DNA from: an uncultured delta proteobacterium
GTDB lineage: Bacteria > Desulfobacterota > Binatia > Binatales > Binataceae
DNA length: 64,000 nt
NCBI GenBank assembly: GCA_963765675.1
Contig: CAVXXK010000015.1
Span: 1 to 64,000, forward strand
Direction: 5' to 3'
A program made the position numbers and the translations under genes. This document shows positions 38,971-48,819 of this stretch, piece after piece. The notes under the pieces were generated by a model. That model was given only the letters and a program-made list of their open reading frames with translations, was not told the DNA's origin and made no database searches. Numbering within the stretch: position 1 is the stretch's first letter; each line of letters starts with the position of its first letter.

Positions 38971-39408
38971 CTAATGCAAAGCGGGCTGACCCGAGGGGGC
39001 CGCTCCCGGCGCGGCTGCACTTGGCGGCGCGGCCGGAGTGACCGGAGGAAGCGGCTGAAGCGGAACAATGACGACATCGTGATGCGGGGTGCCCGAGTTA
39101 TCGGTCATTTGGTCGGGCGGCGGCAACTCGGCGATCGGCGGAACGGTCAGCTTCTCGCTGTCGGTGTTGGCGCCCAGTACGGGCGCAAGGAAGGTATCGG
39201 TTGCGAGGTAATGGAGAGGACGCGCGATGCCCCATTCGAGCGCGAAGCCTATTGGCGCAACGACATAGCTCAGAAGCTTCAGCGGCTGCGAATCGTCGTC
39301 GGTGTACTCTTGGGGGTTCTGCTTATCGAGGTCCGAATATTGCGCGTGCGCAAAACTCGGCGCACACAATATCAAAACCGCGCCCAGGAATATTGCTGCT
39401 CGCCGCAT
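38971..39408 (-). CDS. Secreted hypothetical protein
   Basis: Signal peptide AHA; conserved-looking PIGFALEWGIARP core; Pro-rich tail. Confidence 0.75.
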   Translation of the reverse strand: MRRAAIFLGAVLILCAPSFAHAQYSDLDKQNPQEYTDDDSQPLKLLSYVVAPIGFALEWGIARPLHYLATDTFLAPVLGANTDSEKLTVPPIAELPPPDQMTDNSGTPHHDVVIVPLQPLPPVTPAAPPSAAAPGAAPSGQPALH

Positions 39409-39506
39409 GGCCTAGACTCTGTCCTCGATTCCTCGATCTGTCAACCATCCAAGGCCTGGGCAGCGCGTGCTTGCGTTCATCGTCCACGCCGCGCAATCTT
39501 ACCGCA

Positions 39507-40892
39507 ATGCGATCGCGACCGGGGAGATTACTGGATGCAGGCGTAGGGGCGGCGATACTGGCGGTCGCGTTTCTGATTTCGGCGCTGGCGCCCGGGCGAG
39601 CCGACGCCGCCGCCAGCACAGCCGCCGCAGGCTCGATCACTTATATAGGCACCGACAACAACATCTATTATTGCGCCACCGGATGCGCCAAGCCCGATTG
39701 TCTGACCTGCCCGATCGCGGGCGAGCAGGTGCGCCGCGATGGTTCCGGTTCGATACGCGCCGCAGCATTTCGGGCTGTCCAGGAGCCGGAGGAACCCGAG
39801 CAACCGCGGTCGGCGAGCCAATACGGATGGCCGACGTTCTCGCCCGACGCGACACGTATCGCCTATTCATCGATCACGCGCGGACACGCCGGAGTCAGCT
39901 TTGGGCTCTGGGTGTATGATCTCAAAAAACGCGAGGCGATCCAGATCTTCGCGAGCAAACGTGAACAAATCGATTACATCTATTGGCTTCCCGACGGCCA
40001 GCATATCTCGTTTCTACTGAACGAGCCCGAAGGACTTTCGCTGATGATCGCGGAGGTCAAGGAGCATGCTCCGATCCGGATCGTTATGACCGGCATGCCG
40101 GTGTACTTCGCGTGGGGACCGTCGCCCGGGCTTCTGGCGGTGCATATGTCGAGCGGCGAAGATCCTGAGTCGAGTGAGCGGGTTGAGCTGATCGCGCTGT
40201 CGGACACAAATCAGGTGGTGAACAAGGTGCTCTCGCGCGGACGTTCTCCGTTCAAGACGCCGTGCTGGTCGCCTGACGGAAAGCATCTGGCGTGGATCGC
40301 GAACAATCACGCCGAGGCGAATCTGGTCGTAGCCGACGCCGACGGGCAGCATCCGCGCTCGATGGTCAGCCTGCCGATTGGTGACACAAGTTTCGAGTGG
40401 TCGCCGGATTCGCGGCATATCGCGTACGCGACGACGGTGATTCCGCACGATCCAACGTTCCACGAAATCAAGCTGGTGGATATCAGTGATGCAACTTCGC
40501 GGACGCTGACCAAGGACACGGTCGCGGCATACTTTTTCTCGCCTGACGCGCGCTACCTTGCGTATATCTCGGTTCCGGAAGACAAGCCGTTCTACACCTG
40601 GGAGCTGATCGACCTTAGGAGCGCAAAGATCCGCTCGTTGGGTAATTTCATCTCGACGCAGGAAGAGTCAGTCTCTTACCGTTTCTTCGATCAGCTCGCG
40701 TTGTCGCACAGCACCTGGTCGCCTGATTCGAAAGCGATCCTTTATGCTGGCGTGCGGTTGCTGGCCGAGCCGACCCAAGCGCTCCACCTCGCGCCGCCGC
40801 CATCGGTGTGGAGCGTTCCAATTGACGGCAGCGCGCCGCACTCGATCGGCGAAGGCGTGGTCGGCTTCTACGCGCCAGTGGCAGCCAAGTAG
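39507..40892 (+). CDS. TolB-like beta-propeller (PD40 repeat) periplasmic protein
   Basis: Repeated P.[FW]SPDG..[IL]A[YW] motifs; signal peptide. Confidence 0.85.
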   Translation: MRSRPGRLLDAGVGAAILAVAFLISALAPGRADAAASTAAAGSITYIGTDNNIYYCATGCAKPDCLTCPIAGEQVRRDGSGSIRAAAFRAVQEPEEPEQPRSASQYGWPTFSPDATRIAYSSITRGHAGVSFGLWVYDLKKREAIQIFASKREQIDYIYWLPDGQHISFLLNEPEGLSLMIAEVKEHAPIRIVMTGMPVYFAWGPSPGLLAVHMSSGEDPESSERVELIALSDTNQVVNKVLSRGRSPFKTPCWSPDGKHLAWIANNHAEANLVVADADGQHPRSMVSLPIGDTSFEWSPDSRHIAYATTVIPHDPTFHEIKLVDISDATSRTLTKDTVAAYFFSPDARYLAYISVPEDKPFYTWELIDLRSAKIRSLGNFISTQEESVSYRFFDQLALSHSTWSPDSKAILYAGVRLLAEPTQALHLAPPPSVWSVPIDGSAPHSIGEGVVGFYAPVAAK

Positions 40893-40907
40893 TCCGCCGC
40901 GGGTTCC

Positions 40908-42326
40908 CTAGCGGCGAGATGGGCGGACCTGGCGGACGGCGCCCGAGTCCGCGGCTTGATCGTCGGCAAGATCGTCGAGCTTGCGGTACAGGGTCTTGCG
41001 ATCGATTCCTAAAATTGCGGCGCATTCGCTTTTGTTGCCGTCCACGGCTGCGAGCGTGGCGCGGATATACTCGCGCTCTAATTGCTCCAGCGGCATCCGC
41101 TGGGCGACTGCACCTTCCAGGTTTATCCTCTCCGGATTGCCGCCCGTGATGCGCGGCGGCAGGTCGTCGCGTGTGATCCGATCGCCGGTGCATAGCACCA
41201 CCGCGTACTGGATCGCGTTCTGCAATTCGCGCACGTTGCCCGGCCACGGATGGCGCATGAGGAAGTCGAGCGCGTCGTCCTCTATTATCAGCGGCGTGTG
41301 TCCGGATTCGGCCGCGGCGCGCGCCGCGAAATGGCGCGCGAGCATCGCGATGTCCTCGGGGCGTTCGCGCAGCGGCGCGATCGCGATCGTGACGGTCGCG
41401 ATCCGGTAGTACAAATCGGCGCGAAAGCGACCGGCGGCGATTGCCGCTTCGAGCTTGGAATTGGTAGCCGCGACCACGCGCACGTCGACCGGGGTCTCGC
41501 GGGTGGCGCCGATCGGGCGCACCCGATGGTCCTCGAGCACGCGCAGGAGTTTGGCCTGCAGCGGCTGCGGCAGATCGCCGATTTCGTCGAGGAAGAGGGT
41601 TCCACCGGCGGCCGCCTGGAACAGCCCGGTCTTCGCCTGGCGCGCGTCCGTAAACGCGCCGCGTTCGTAGCCGAACAGCTCGCTTTCAAGCAGGGCGTCG
41701 GGAATTGCCGCGCAGTTAATCGCGACAAACGGGCCGGCGCGGCGCGCGCTATGGTAGTGCAGCGCGCGCGCGAACAGATCCTTGCCGACTCCGCTTTCGC
41801 CGGTGATCAGCACGCTCGCCGGGCTGTCGGCCATCTGGCGCACGATCTCCAGTTGCGCGCGCATCCGCGGGCTGCGGGTAACGATCGTATCCAGCCCGTA
41901 GCGTTCGGCCAATTCGTCGCGCAGGCGAATGACCTCGCGGCGCAAGCGGCGATCCTCGAGCGCGCGCTCGACCACCAGCGTCAGCTCGTCGTTGCTAAAC
42001 GGCTTCGTGATGTAATCGAACGCGCCCAGCCGCATCGATTCGATCGCGGTCTGAATCGACCCGAACGCGGTGATGATCACGACCGGCAGTTCCGGGGTGA
42101 CGGTTTTCAGCCGCGCCTGCAATTGATGCCCGGTCATTCCGCTCATCCTCAAGTCCGAGATCAGCAGGTCGGGATGCTCGGACGCGGCGAGTTGCAAAGC
42201 CGCCTCACCCGAGCCCGCGCGCAGAACGCGGTAGCCCTTGTCGCCGAGGACGTCGCCCAGCATGTTCACCATATCCGGGTCGTCATCAACGACGAGGATC
42301 GAAAAGTCCGTCTGCGCCGTACTCAT
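40908..42326 (-). CDS. Sigma54-dependent response regulator (NtrC/AtoC family)
   Basis: REC (ILVVDDD, DLRM), GESGVGK, GAFTDA, FLDEIG, WPGNVREL, Fis-type HTH. Confidence 0.95.
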   Translation of the reverse strand: MSTAQTDFSILVVDDDPDMVNMLGDVLGDKGYRVLRAGSGEAALQLAASEHPDLLISDLRMSGMTGHQLQARLKTVTPELPVVIITAFGSIQTAIESMRLGAFDYITKPFSNDELTLVVERALEDRRLRREVIRLRDELAERYGLDTIVTRSPRMRAQLEIVRQMADSPASVLITGESGVGKDLFARALHYHSARRAGPFVAINCAAIPDALLESELFGYERGAFTDARQAKTGLFQAAAGGTLFLDEIGDLPQPLQAKLLRVLEDHRVRPIGATRETPVDVRVVAATNSKLEAAIAAGRFRADLYYRIATVTIAIAPLRERPEDIAMLARHFAARAAAESGHTPLIIEDDALDFLMRHPWPGNVRELQNAIQYAVVLCTGDRITRDDLPPRITGGNPERINLEGAVAQRMPLEQLEREYIRATLAAVDGNKSECAAILGIDRKTLYRKLDDLADDQAADSGAVRQVRPSRR

Positions 42327-42685
42327 GCGGTCCTCCTGATCATGGCGATACCTTTGCGTGTTTCACGTCGTGTAGCGCGATTCGATGATCTGTCATGCGC
42401 AGGCCTCAGGTTCGCGCAACATAACAGAGGCGCAGTTTAGCCGCGAATGAAGCCGTGATCGGCAGTATGCCCGGGCACATCGCCGCAGCGGAACTCGACG
42501 CTACCTTCGGAGCAATTCGGATGTGTGAAAATCGAACATCCGATGACGCATCGTTGTGACGCATCGCATGCGAATCGCGCCGGAAAGCGAAGGGTCACGT
42601 TGCGTATCTGCTACAAAGAGAAGAATTTTTATCCCAACGGTCGTCCCGAAATGCGACAAATTGTAGAGACGCAATGAGATCAATT

Positions 42686-42701
42686 TGGCATGGAACTCGC
42701 T
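42686..42701 (+). promoter_or_regulatory. Sigma54 (-24/-12) promoter
   Basis: TGGCATGGAACTCGCT, GG-N10-GC, divergent from the sigma54 activator gene. Confidence 0.6.
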
Positions 42702-42794
42702 CTGCCTTCGGTGGCAGCGCACGGATGCTACTTTCTGTAGCATCGGGACGCGCCGCCAGACCGGGTGCCGAAACACCCGTCATAGGCGGGGTAC

Positions 42795-44738
42795 ATGCTT
42801 TTTCACTCCGACAAATATCTAGTCGCAGTTATCGCGGGAATTCTCGCCACACTTATAGCTCTCGGCATCGCAACCAGTGCCGAAGCGTCCCAGATCGAGC
42901 CGGCCGCTGACACTGCCCAGCCGGTCGCGCTCGAGATTTCGCCGCGCAACGGGGTCTCCGCGCACGAGACCCTAAAACTCGGGGTCGTCGTCGAGCGCAA
43001 ATCGGGGCGAATCTCGCTAAGAAATCGCAAGACTCGTAAGCAAGATCAAACGATCACGATCGCCGCCATCCAGTCGTCGACCAGCGATTTCGCACTTGAC
43101 AATTCCTGCGTCGGGCCGCTGGCACCGGGCGCAAGATGCGTGCTCGATGTCGCGTTGAATTCCAATGAACCAGGAGACCATCAGGGAACGCTCACGATCA
43201 TGAGCGATGCGGCCAACCCCGTCATCTCGATCCCTTTATTCGGTCGGGTCAGGCAAATCGACCAACGCAGACATCGATTCCCAACCCCGACACCTACCGC
43301 AAGCGCATTTCCGACGGTGACGGCGACTTCAACCCCGATCGCTACGCCGACCGTGACCTCAACCCCAACTCCTCAGCCCACGGCGAGCGTGACGCCGACG
43401 GTGACCGCCACGCCAACCAGGACTGCAAGCGCCACCCCAACCGTCACACCCACAGTAACTCGAACTCCAACTCGGACTGCAACTGCGACTCGGACGCGAA
43501 CGCCAACGCCGACACGGACGGCCACGCCTACCGTGACCGCATCGGCCACGCCGACGGGCACCTCGACGCCGACATCGTCAGCTCTTCCTGCGTGCACCTT
43601 GTATGTGGCAACGACAGGCTCTGACCGCAATCCGGGAACGCAAAGCGCCCCATTCGCCACCGCCCAGCAAGGAGTGTCCGCCGCAAATCCAGGCGATGTC
43701 GTATGTCTTGGTGATGGGACCTATAACGAATCGATCACGTTTAACACTTCAGGAACATCCTCCGCTTGGATCACTCTTCGCTCACTCAACCCCAGCTCCA
43801 GCGGCTCAGGCGGTGGCGCAACGATTGCTCCGGGCTCCTCCAACATTGGCGTGAACCCCAACGGCCAGAACTATATCGCGGTTGATAATCTCGTGATCAC
43901 CGGTGGCCTCTGGGGCGTCGTTGTCAGCGGCGGCAACCATGTCGCAATCAACGGCAACCTGGTGTCAGGCGCGGGAGCTGCGTGTATCGGCTTCAGCCAG
44001 GGTGACTACTACACGGCGATGCACAACACGGTGCACGACTGCGCGAAAACCTGGGGCGGCAACTCGTCGGGGATCACGATCTATGAACCAACCGCATCGG
44101 ATTCCCTGCCGGGCTTCCATAACGTCATCAGCTACAACATCTCTTACAACAATTCGAATCCCGCGCCGGACGGCACCGACGGCAACGGAATTTCGATAGA
44201 TGACAGCAATCACACCCAGTCCGACAATATCCCGTATACGGGGCAGTCTCTGGTCGAAGAAAACATCACCTACAACAATGGAGGGTCAGGAATCCGGGTT
44301 GGCTATTCGTCCGGAGTTACGGTCCGCAACAATACCTCCTATTGGAACGAGGCACTTACCACTATCACTGGACCCTGGCGCGGTGATCTGGCCGACGAGT
44401 ACAGCACCGGAACCATTTGGGTGAACAACATCGCGGTCGCCAATCCTGCCCTCAACAGTGACAACACTGCGATTCTCGAGGCTGCGGGCAGCGGCAGCGT
44501 GTGGTCCAACAACCTGACGTTCGATGGCACCAACGGTAGCGATTCCGTGGACGGCCCTGGCAGCTTTGCGGGGAACATGCTGGGAATGAACCCGATGCTG
44601 ATGAATCCTACAACTAACTTTCAGTTGCAGAGCGGAAGCCCGGCATCTGCGGCGGGAACTTCTAGCTACGGTGTTCCGGCTACGGACTTTGCTGGTAACG
44701 CATGGCTGTCGAGTCCAAGCATCGGCGCATACCGGTAA
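42795..44738 (+). CDS. Secreted protein: Ig-like (choice-of-anchor D/ASH) domain, Thr/Pro linker, right-handed beta-helix (pectate-lyase-like)
   Basis: CVGPLAPGARCVLDV; TPT repeats; YVATTGSDRNPGT..PFAT; N..YNNGGSGI; FQLQSGSPA..IGAY. Confidence 0.85.
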   Translation: MLFHSDKYLVAVIAGILATLIALGIATSAEASQIEPAADTAQPVALEISPRNGVSAHETLKLGVVVERKSGRISLRNRKTRKQDQTITIAAIQSSTSDFALDNSCVGPLAPGARCVLDVALNSNEPGDHQGTLTIMSDAANPVISIPLFGRVRQIDQRRHRFPTPTPTASAFPTVTATSTPIATPTVTSTPTPQPTASVTPTVTATPTRTASATPTVTPTVTRTPTRTATATRTRTPTPTRTATPTVTASATPTGTSTPTSSALPACTLYVATTGSDRNPGTQSAPFATAQQGVSAANPGDVVCLGDGTYNESITFNTSGTSSAWITLRSLNPSSSGSGGGATIAPGSSNIGVNPNGQNYIAVDNLVITGGLWGVVVSGGNHVAINGNLVSGAGAACIGFSQGDYYTAMHNTVHDCAKTWGGNSSGITIYEPTASDSLPGFHNVISYNISYNNSNPAPDGTDGNGISIDDSNHTQSDNIPYTGQSLVEENITYNNGGSGIRVGYSSGVTVRNNTSYWNEALTTITGPWRGDLADEYSTGTIWVNNIAVANPALNSDNTAILEAAGSGSVWSNNLTFDGTNGSDSVDGPGSFAGNMLGMNPMLMNPTTNFQLQSGSPASAAGTSSYGVPATDFAGNAWLSSPSIGAYR

Positions 44739-44893
44739 TCCCAGCGGCCGCGCCTCCACGGCATTGGCCTGAACACTACTTTTCGGCGGCGGTCGAGTGA
44801 AAACTCGGCCGCCGTGCGCTTGTCTGGAGAGTCTGCCGAAGTGCCTCGCTCCGATCAGCAGTGAGCATCCGTGCCGCGAGCCCCGTCTTCAGT

Positions 44894-46366
44894 TCAGGCC
44901 GTGTTCCTGACCCTGGTTTCCAGGATAGTTTCGGCGAGCGGCAGGATGACGATAACTTGGGCACCATACTGCGACGATTCGATTTCGATCTCTCCCTGAT
45001 GGTCGCGCACGATCGCTTCGCTCACCGCGAGTCCCATCCCGGTTCCTTTGCCGGGTTCCTTGGTGGTGAAGAATGGATCAAACACCCGGGCGAGCACGTC
45101 GGGCGCGACTCCGGGTCCGGTGTCCGCAAACGTGACCCGCGCCGCTGGGCGTCCGGCATGAGTTGCCACAGTCGCGATGACGCTCAAGGTTCCGCCTCCG
45201 GGTCCCATCGCGTCGAGGGCGTTGATCGCAAGGTTAACGAAGACCTGCTGGAGCTGGTCAGCGTCGCATTGTAACTCGATCGGTTGCGCGCCGAGCTCAA
45301 CCACGCAGCGCACGCCACGGCGCGAGGTTTCGGTTTCCAGAAGTGCGAGCGTGCGCTGGATGATGGCGCGCAGATCGCAAAGCGCGAACGTTTGTTCGCG
45401 CCGCGAGCCCAGGTCCAGCAGCATCCGCACGATCCGCGTGATCCGGTCGATCTGATTGATGATGACCTCGAGACCTTCGGTCGTTCGCGGAGGATTCTGG
45501 CCATTGGAATTAAGATGCTCGGCGCGGCCGCGAATCACACCAAGCGGAGTTCCAATCTCGTGGGCGACGCCCGAGGCCAGCGTGCCTATGGCGGCGAGCT
45601 TGTCGGCGCGCCTGAGCCTGCGTTCGAGTTCGAGCTTGCGCTCGGTTTCGTCGAGTAGTCGCCGGCGCGCGACTTCGAGATCGTCGGCAAGCCGGCGGAA
45701 CTCCGTGCCCAGAAACTCGACTTCATCCCCGACGCCGTCGCTATCAAAGTTGTCATCGCTTGAGATACGCGCCACCTTGGCTGAGAGATCCGCCAGGGGC
45801 CGGGCGACATAGCGATGGCTCACCACCGGAATCAACATCGCGATCAGTCCCGCCAGCATCAGCGATGCGAGCACCGCCTGCTCGACCCGCGCGCGCAGGT
45901 CGCTCTCGACGTCATTCCAGCGCTGCGCGACCAGCAGAATTCCGATGGGAACACCGACGCGGTTGTTCAGTGCGACAGCGCGGCAGAACCAGTCACGATC
46001 TCCGACGGTTTGCATGAATTCCACGCCGTCGCGATGCAGTGCGAGAGTCAGCAGGCCCGGCGCGGGAGGAGGATCGATCGGATAGCCTTTGAGCGAGAGC
46101 ATCTTGCGGCCATCGATTCCGAAGATCGCGGCATTGACGGACTCTTCGCGGGTTCGTTCGAGCGCGAGGCGTACGTCGTCCCATTCCCCGAGCTCGATAT
46201 CCTGCCCTAGTGCGGCGCTAAGGGCGCGCGCGGTCGCGCGAGTCTCAAGCTTGAGATCGTTTACGTAAGTCAGAGTGGCCTGGCGCACGCCGAAGTACAT
46301 ATAGGCGGCCAGCACCGGGAACATGCAAATTAGCAATATTGCGGTAAGGCGGGTCGCGATCTTCAC
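44894..46366 (-). CDS. Sensor histidine kinase (NtrB-like)
   Basis: Two TMs, HAMP, GVAHEIGTPL, QVFVNLAINA, DTGPG, PFFTTK, GTGMGL. Confidence 0.95.
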   Translation of the reverse strand: MKIATRLTAILLICMFPVLAAYMYFGVRQATLTYVNDLKLETRATARALSAALGQDIELGEWDDVRLALERTREESVNAAIFGIDGRKMLSLKGYPIDPPPAPGLLTLALHRDGVEFMQTVGDRDWFCRAVALNNRVGVPIGILLVAQRWNDVESDLRARVEQAVLASLMLAGLIAMLIPVVSHRYVARPLADLSAKVARISSDDNFDSDGVGDEVEFLGTEFRRLADDLEVARRRLLDETERKLELERRLRRADKLAAIGTLASGVAHEIGTPLGVIRGRAEHLNSNGQNPPRTTEGLEVIINQIDRITRIVRMLLDLGSRREQTFALCDLRAIIQRTLALLETETSRRGVRCVVELGAQPIELQCDADQLQQVFVNLAINALDAMGPGGGTLSVIATVATHAGRPAARVTFADTGPGVAPDVLARVFDPFFTTKEPGKGTGMGLAVSEAIVRDHQGEIEIESSQYGAQVIVILPLAETILETRVRNTA

Positions 46367-46568
46367 GGCGTCACCATCTTTTGCGGCGTCACCATAGTGA
46401 TCTCGCAGCGGGGCCTATGGCAAACGACATAATTGGCACTCCTTCGCTCCAGGGCGTCCGTCGCGAAGTCATCCTTGTAGAGATGCAGACCGATGACGCA
46501 AGACCTCGTCGCGTTGCCAACACGCCTCAGGTTTTCGCTGGTCTTAAGCAAACAACGTGGGTATAAAG

Positions 46569-47477
46569 ATGAAGAATCTTCACATGACCAATGATTTGGA
46601 CGTTGCTGATTCGCTCGTTATGAACACGCGCCTGCCCCAATCAAATGGCCGAACACGAGTGGATTCAGCTCTCGCCGGAAGTCGCCGGGATTCTTATCGA
46701 CCGCAGGTTTTCCAATCGTCGCGGCGAATGCTCCTGCGCGCTGTAGCCTTGCTGATTGTGATCGGCGTTGCGGCGAACCTTGCGTCGTGTACCAGCATGG
46801 GAATCGATCATCCCGCACTACGCGACAGTATCGACTACGGTCCTCCCGAAAACGTCCGGTTGTGCGTCCTGCTCGACAACGGGATCACTGCCTCCGATGC
46901 GAACGCGCTGCTCGAAAGCTGGAACGATGAGGCGAGGATCTACAATCTCTATCTGCAGCCGGTCTCTTATGAAAATTTCCCGCGGCACGGCTTTTTTCAC
47001 ACCGAAATCCTCGATCAGGTCAGCCAAGTCCCGCTGGGCAAGTCTTGCGATCGGGTACTTTATTTCGTCAATCGGAACGTTGGAGACGTCGCGTACGGGC
47101 TGATCTCGACCAGCGTCGGAGTGCCGGAAATTCTGGGAGAAGTCGACGACGCAACTCTGACGCATGGCTACGTCGTGGCGCGGCGCGCCACGCTCAATCA
47201 ACTTGTAATGTCACCGAGCGGCGTTACGCAGCATGAACTCTTTCATCTGCTTGGATGTCCGCAGCATTTCGATATGCCTGATTGCTACACGCGCATCCAC
47301 AACCTCAAGCTCGCGGAAGAGAAGCTGAAGGCCCAGGGTTACTTCAGACGGCACGGCGAGCAACCATTTTATCCGACGTTCGCATCGCGGACCGACTCGA
47401 TGCTGGTGTCGCGCTTGCAGGTTTCGGAGTATCAACGCTTCAATGGCGAAACTGGCGCCGCAGCCCTCCGACCGTGA
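46569..47477 (+). CDS. Putative lipoprotein with zincin HExxH motif (start uncertain)
   Basis: LASC lipobox after a hydrophobic stretch; HELFHLLGCPQH. Confidence 0.72.
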   Translation: MKNLHMTNDLDVADSLVMNTRLPQSNGRTRVDSALAGSRRDSYRPQVFQSSRRMLLRAVALLIVIGVAANLASCTSMGIDHPALRDSIDYGPPENVRLCVLLDNGITASDANALLESWNDEARIYNLYLQPVSYENFPRHGFFHTEILDQVSQVPLGKSCDRVLYFVNRNVGDVAYGLISTSVGVPEILGEVDDATLTHGYVVARRATLNQLVMSPSGVTQHELFHLLGCPQHFDMPDCYTRIHNLKLAEEKLKAQGYFRRHGEQPFYPTFASRTDSMLVSRLQVSEYQRFNGETGAAALRP

Positions 47478-48161
47478 GGAGCATCGCGCTGTCGCGAAAG
47501 ACACGAGATTCAAGATCCAGGATGAATGCGCGCTCCGGCTCCAGAAGCGCGATTCCGCCCGCAACGATTTTGATCCGCATCAATAAGCTGTCGCAGGCAA
47601 ATGATTCGTCGCGCAAAGTTTCGTTAGTTTCAGCACACTGCTACCGATCCTTGTTGGTCACGCAGTGCACCTCTTCCCCATCTCCCCGCAGAATTTTCGA
47701 TTGCCACCCCTAAGCAATCAAGTTAGCATTTAGCCGTCATCGCTTCTCAACGTAGCGCCGGACCTTCGGGATCTACGATCGCCCTCATGTTTCCACGAGG
47801 TGCTTACGCTGCATACTAGTAAGCTCTTAGCGTCTATCGCGCTTTATAAATGAACTGGACGCCATGGTTTCCCATAGAAAGATTATCGACGCACAGACGT
47901 TTGACTGTCGCCTATTCACATGCTACACCTTACTGCTACGCGGAGTTCGGGAAACGTTAGCCCGCTTGAATCGTCTTTGGCATTTGCGGGCAAACGCCAG
48001 ATATAGCGGTGGAGGAGGGGGATGGGCGTTGGCATCGCAGCCAATTTGATTGGCTGTCTGTCTGACGATTTGCCGTACGTTAATTTGCCGTACAGGGATG
48101 GCGGACGCGCGTTCTGATTGGGAAATCTGCGGATTGATTACTTAAAGAGGTGGAACGAGAG

Positions 48162-48677
48162 ATGAAGAAACTGCTTGGCTGCGTGGTATCAGTAGTCGCG
48201 ATTTTGGCGGTGGCCGGACCCGCGATGTGCTTCAGCGTGGTCGGATTGGTCTCGGATCAGAACCGCAATTTCGTCAATAATGCATTCATCACGATTGTTG
48301 ACTCCAAGGGCGAGACCGCAGGTCATGGCCGCTCGGATATCTACGGTCGCTATTGCATCCCCCTAGTCACGCCCGGGAAGTACACGGTTTCGATCGATCC
48401 GAATTCCAAGGACTTCCAAGGCGGCTCGGCGGTGACCCAGGTAGATATCGAGGGTGCGACGATCAACTGGTTCCTGTCGCCGACCACCAGCGCAATTGCC
48501 ACCACCGACATCGGAGTCGCGTCGGCGGCGACTCTTACTTGCGGAATTCCGTGGTGGGAGACGGCAGCGGCTGGAGCTGGACTGCTGGTGGGTGTGGGCG
48601 GTATCACGGGGGGTATTATTTGCACCGAGGGTAACCACTGCAGCGGTGGCCACAGCAACGCGAGTCCCTCGGAATAA
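48162..48677 (+). CDS. Secreted carboxypeptidase-regulatory-like domain protein with C-terminal Gly-rich TM and ASPSE tail
   Basis: Signal peptide; G.V.DQ..V.NA.I..SD.YGRY..PGKYTV; terminal hydrophobic helix. Confidence 0.8.
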   Translation: MKKLLGCVVSVVAILAVAGPAMCFSVVGLVSDQNRNFVNNAFITIVDSKGETAGHGRSDIYGRYCIPLVTPGKYTVSIDPNSKDFQGGSAVTQVDIEGATINWFLSPTTSAIATTDIGVASAATLTCGIPWWETAAAGAGLLVGVGGITGGIICTEGNHCSGGHSNASPSE

Positions 48678-48687
48678 AGAGATCTGA

Positions 48688-48722
48688 CGAGGGCCGGTCC
48701 GATCCAAAAGTTCCGGCCCTCG
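48688..48722 (+). terminator. Stem-loop after the 48162 gene
   Basis: CGAGGGCCGG..CCGGCCCTCG; no clear U-tract. Confidence 0.45.
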
Positions 48723-48819
48723 ATATGCCGCAGGCTCCCTCGGCGCGATCGGAAGGGAATTTCCAAACCGACCTAACGTCCGGTGCGCACGGCGACGACG
48801 CGCACGAGGTTCAGTTATC

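Noticed and set aside
46366-46395. Direct repeat CGGCGTCACCAT twice at the kinase start
   Set aside because: Only two copies; a binding site cannot be distinguished from a chance duplication.
46433-46448. Sigma54-like TGGCACTCCTTCGCT
   Set aside because: GG-GC spacing is 9 bp, not the required 10.
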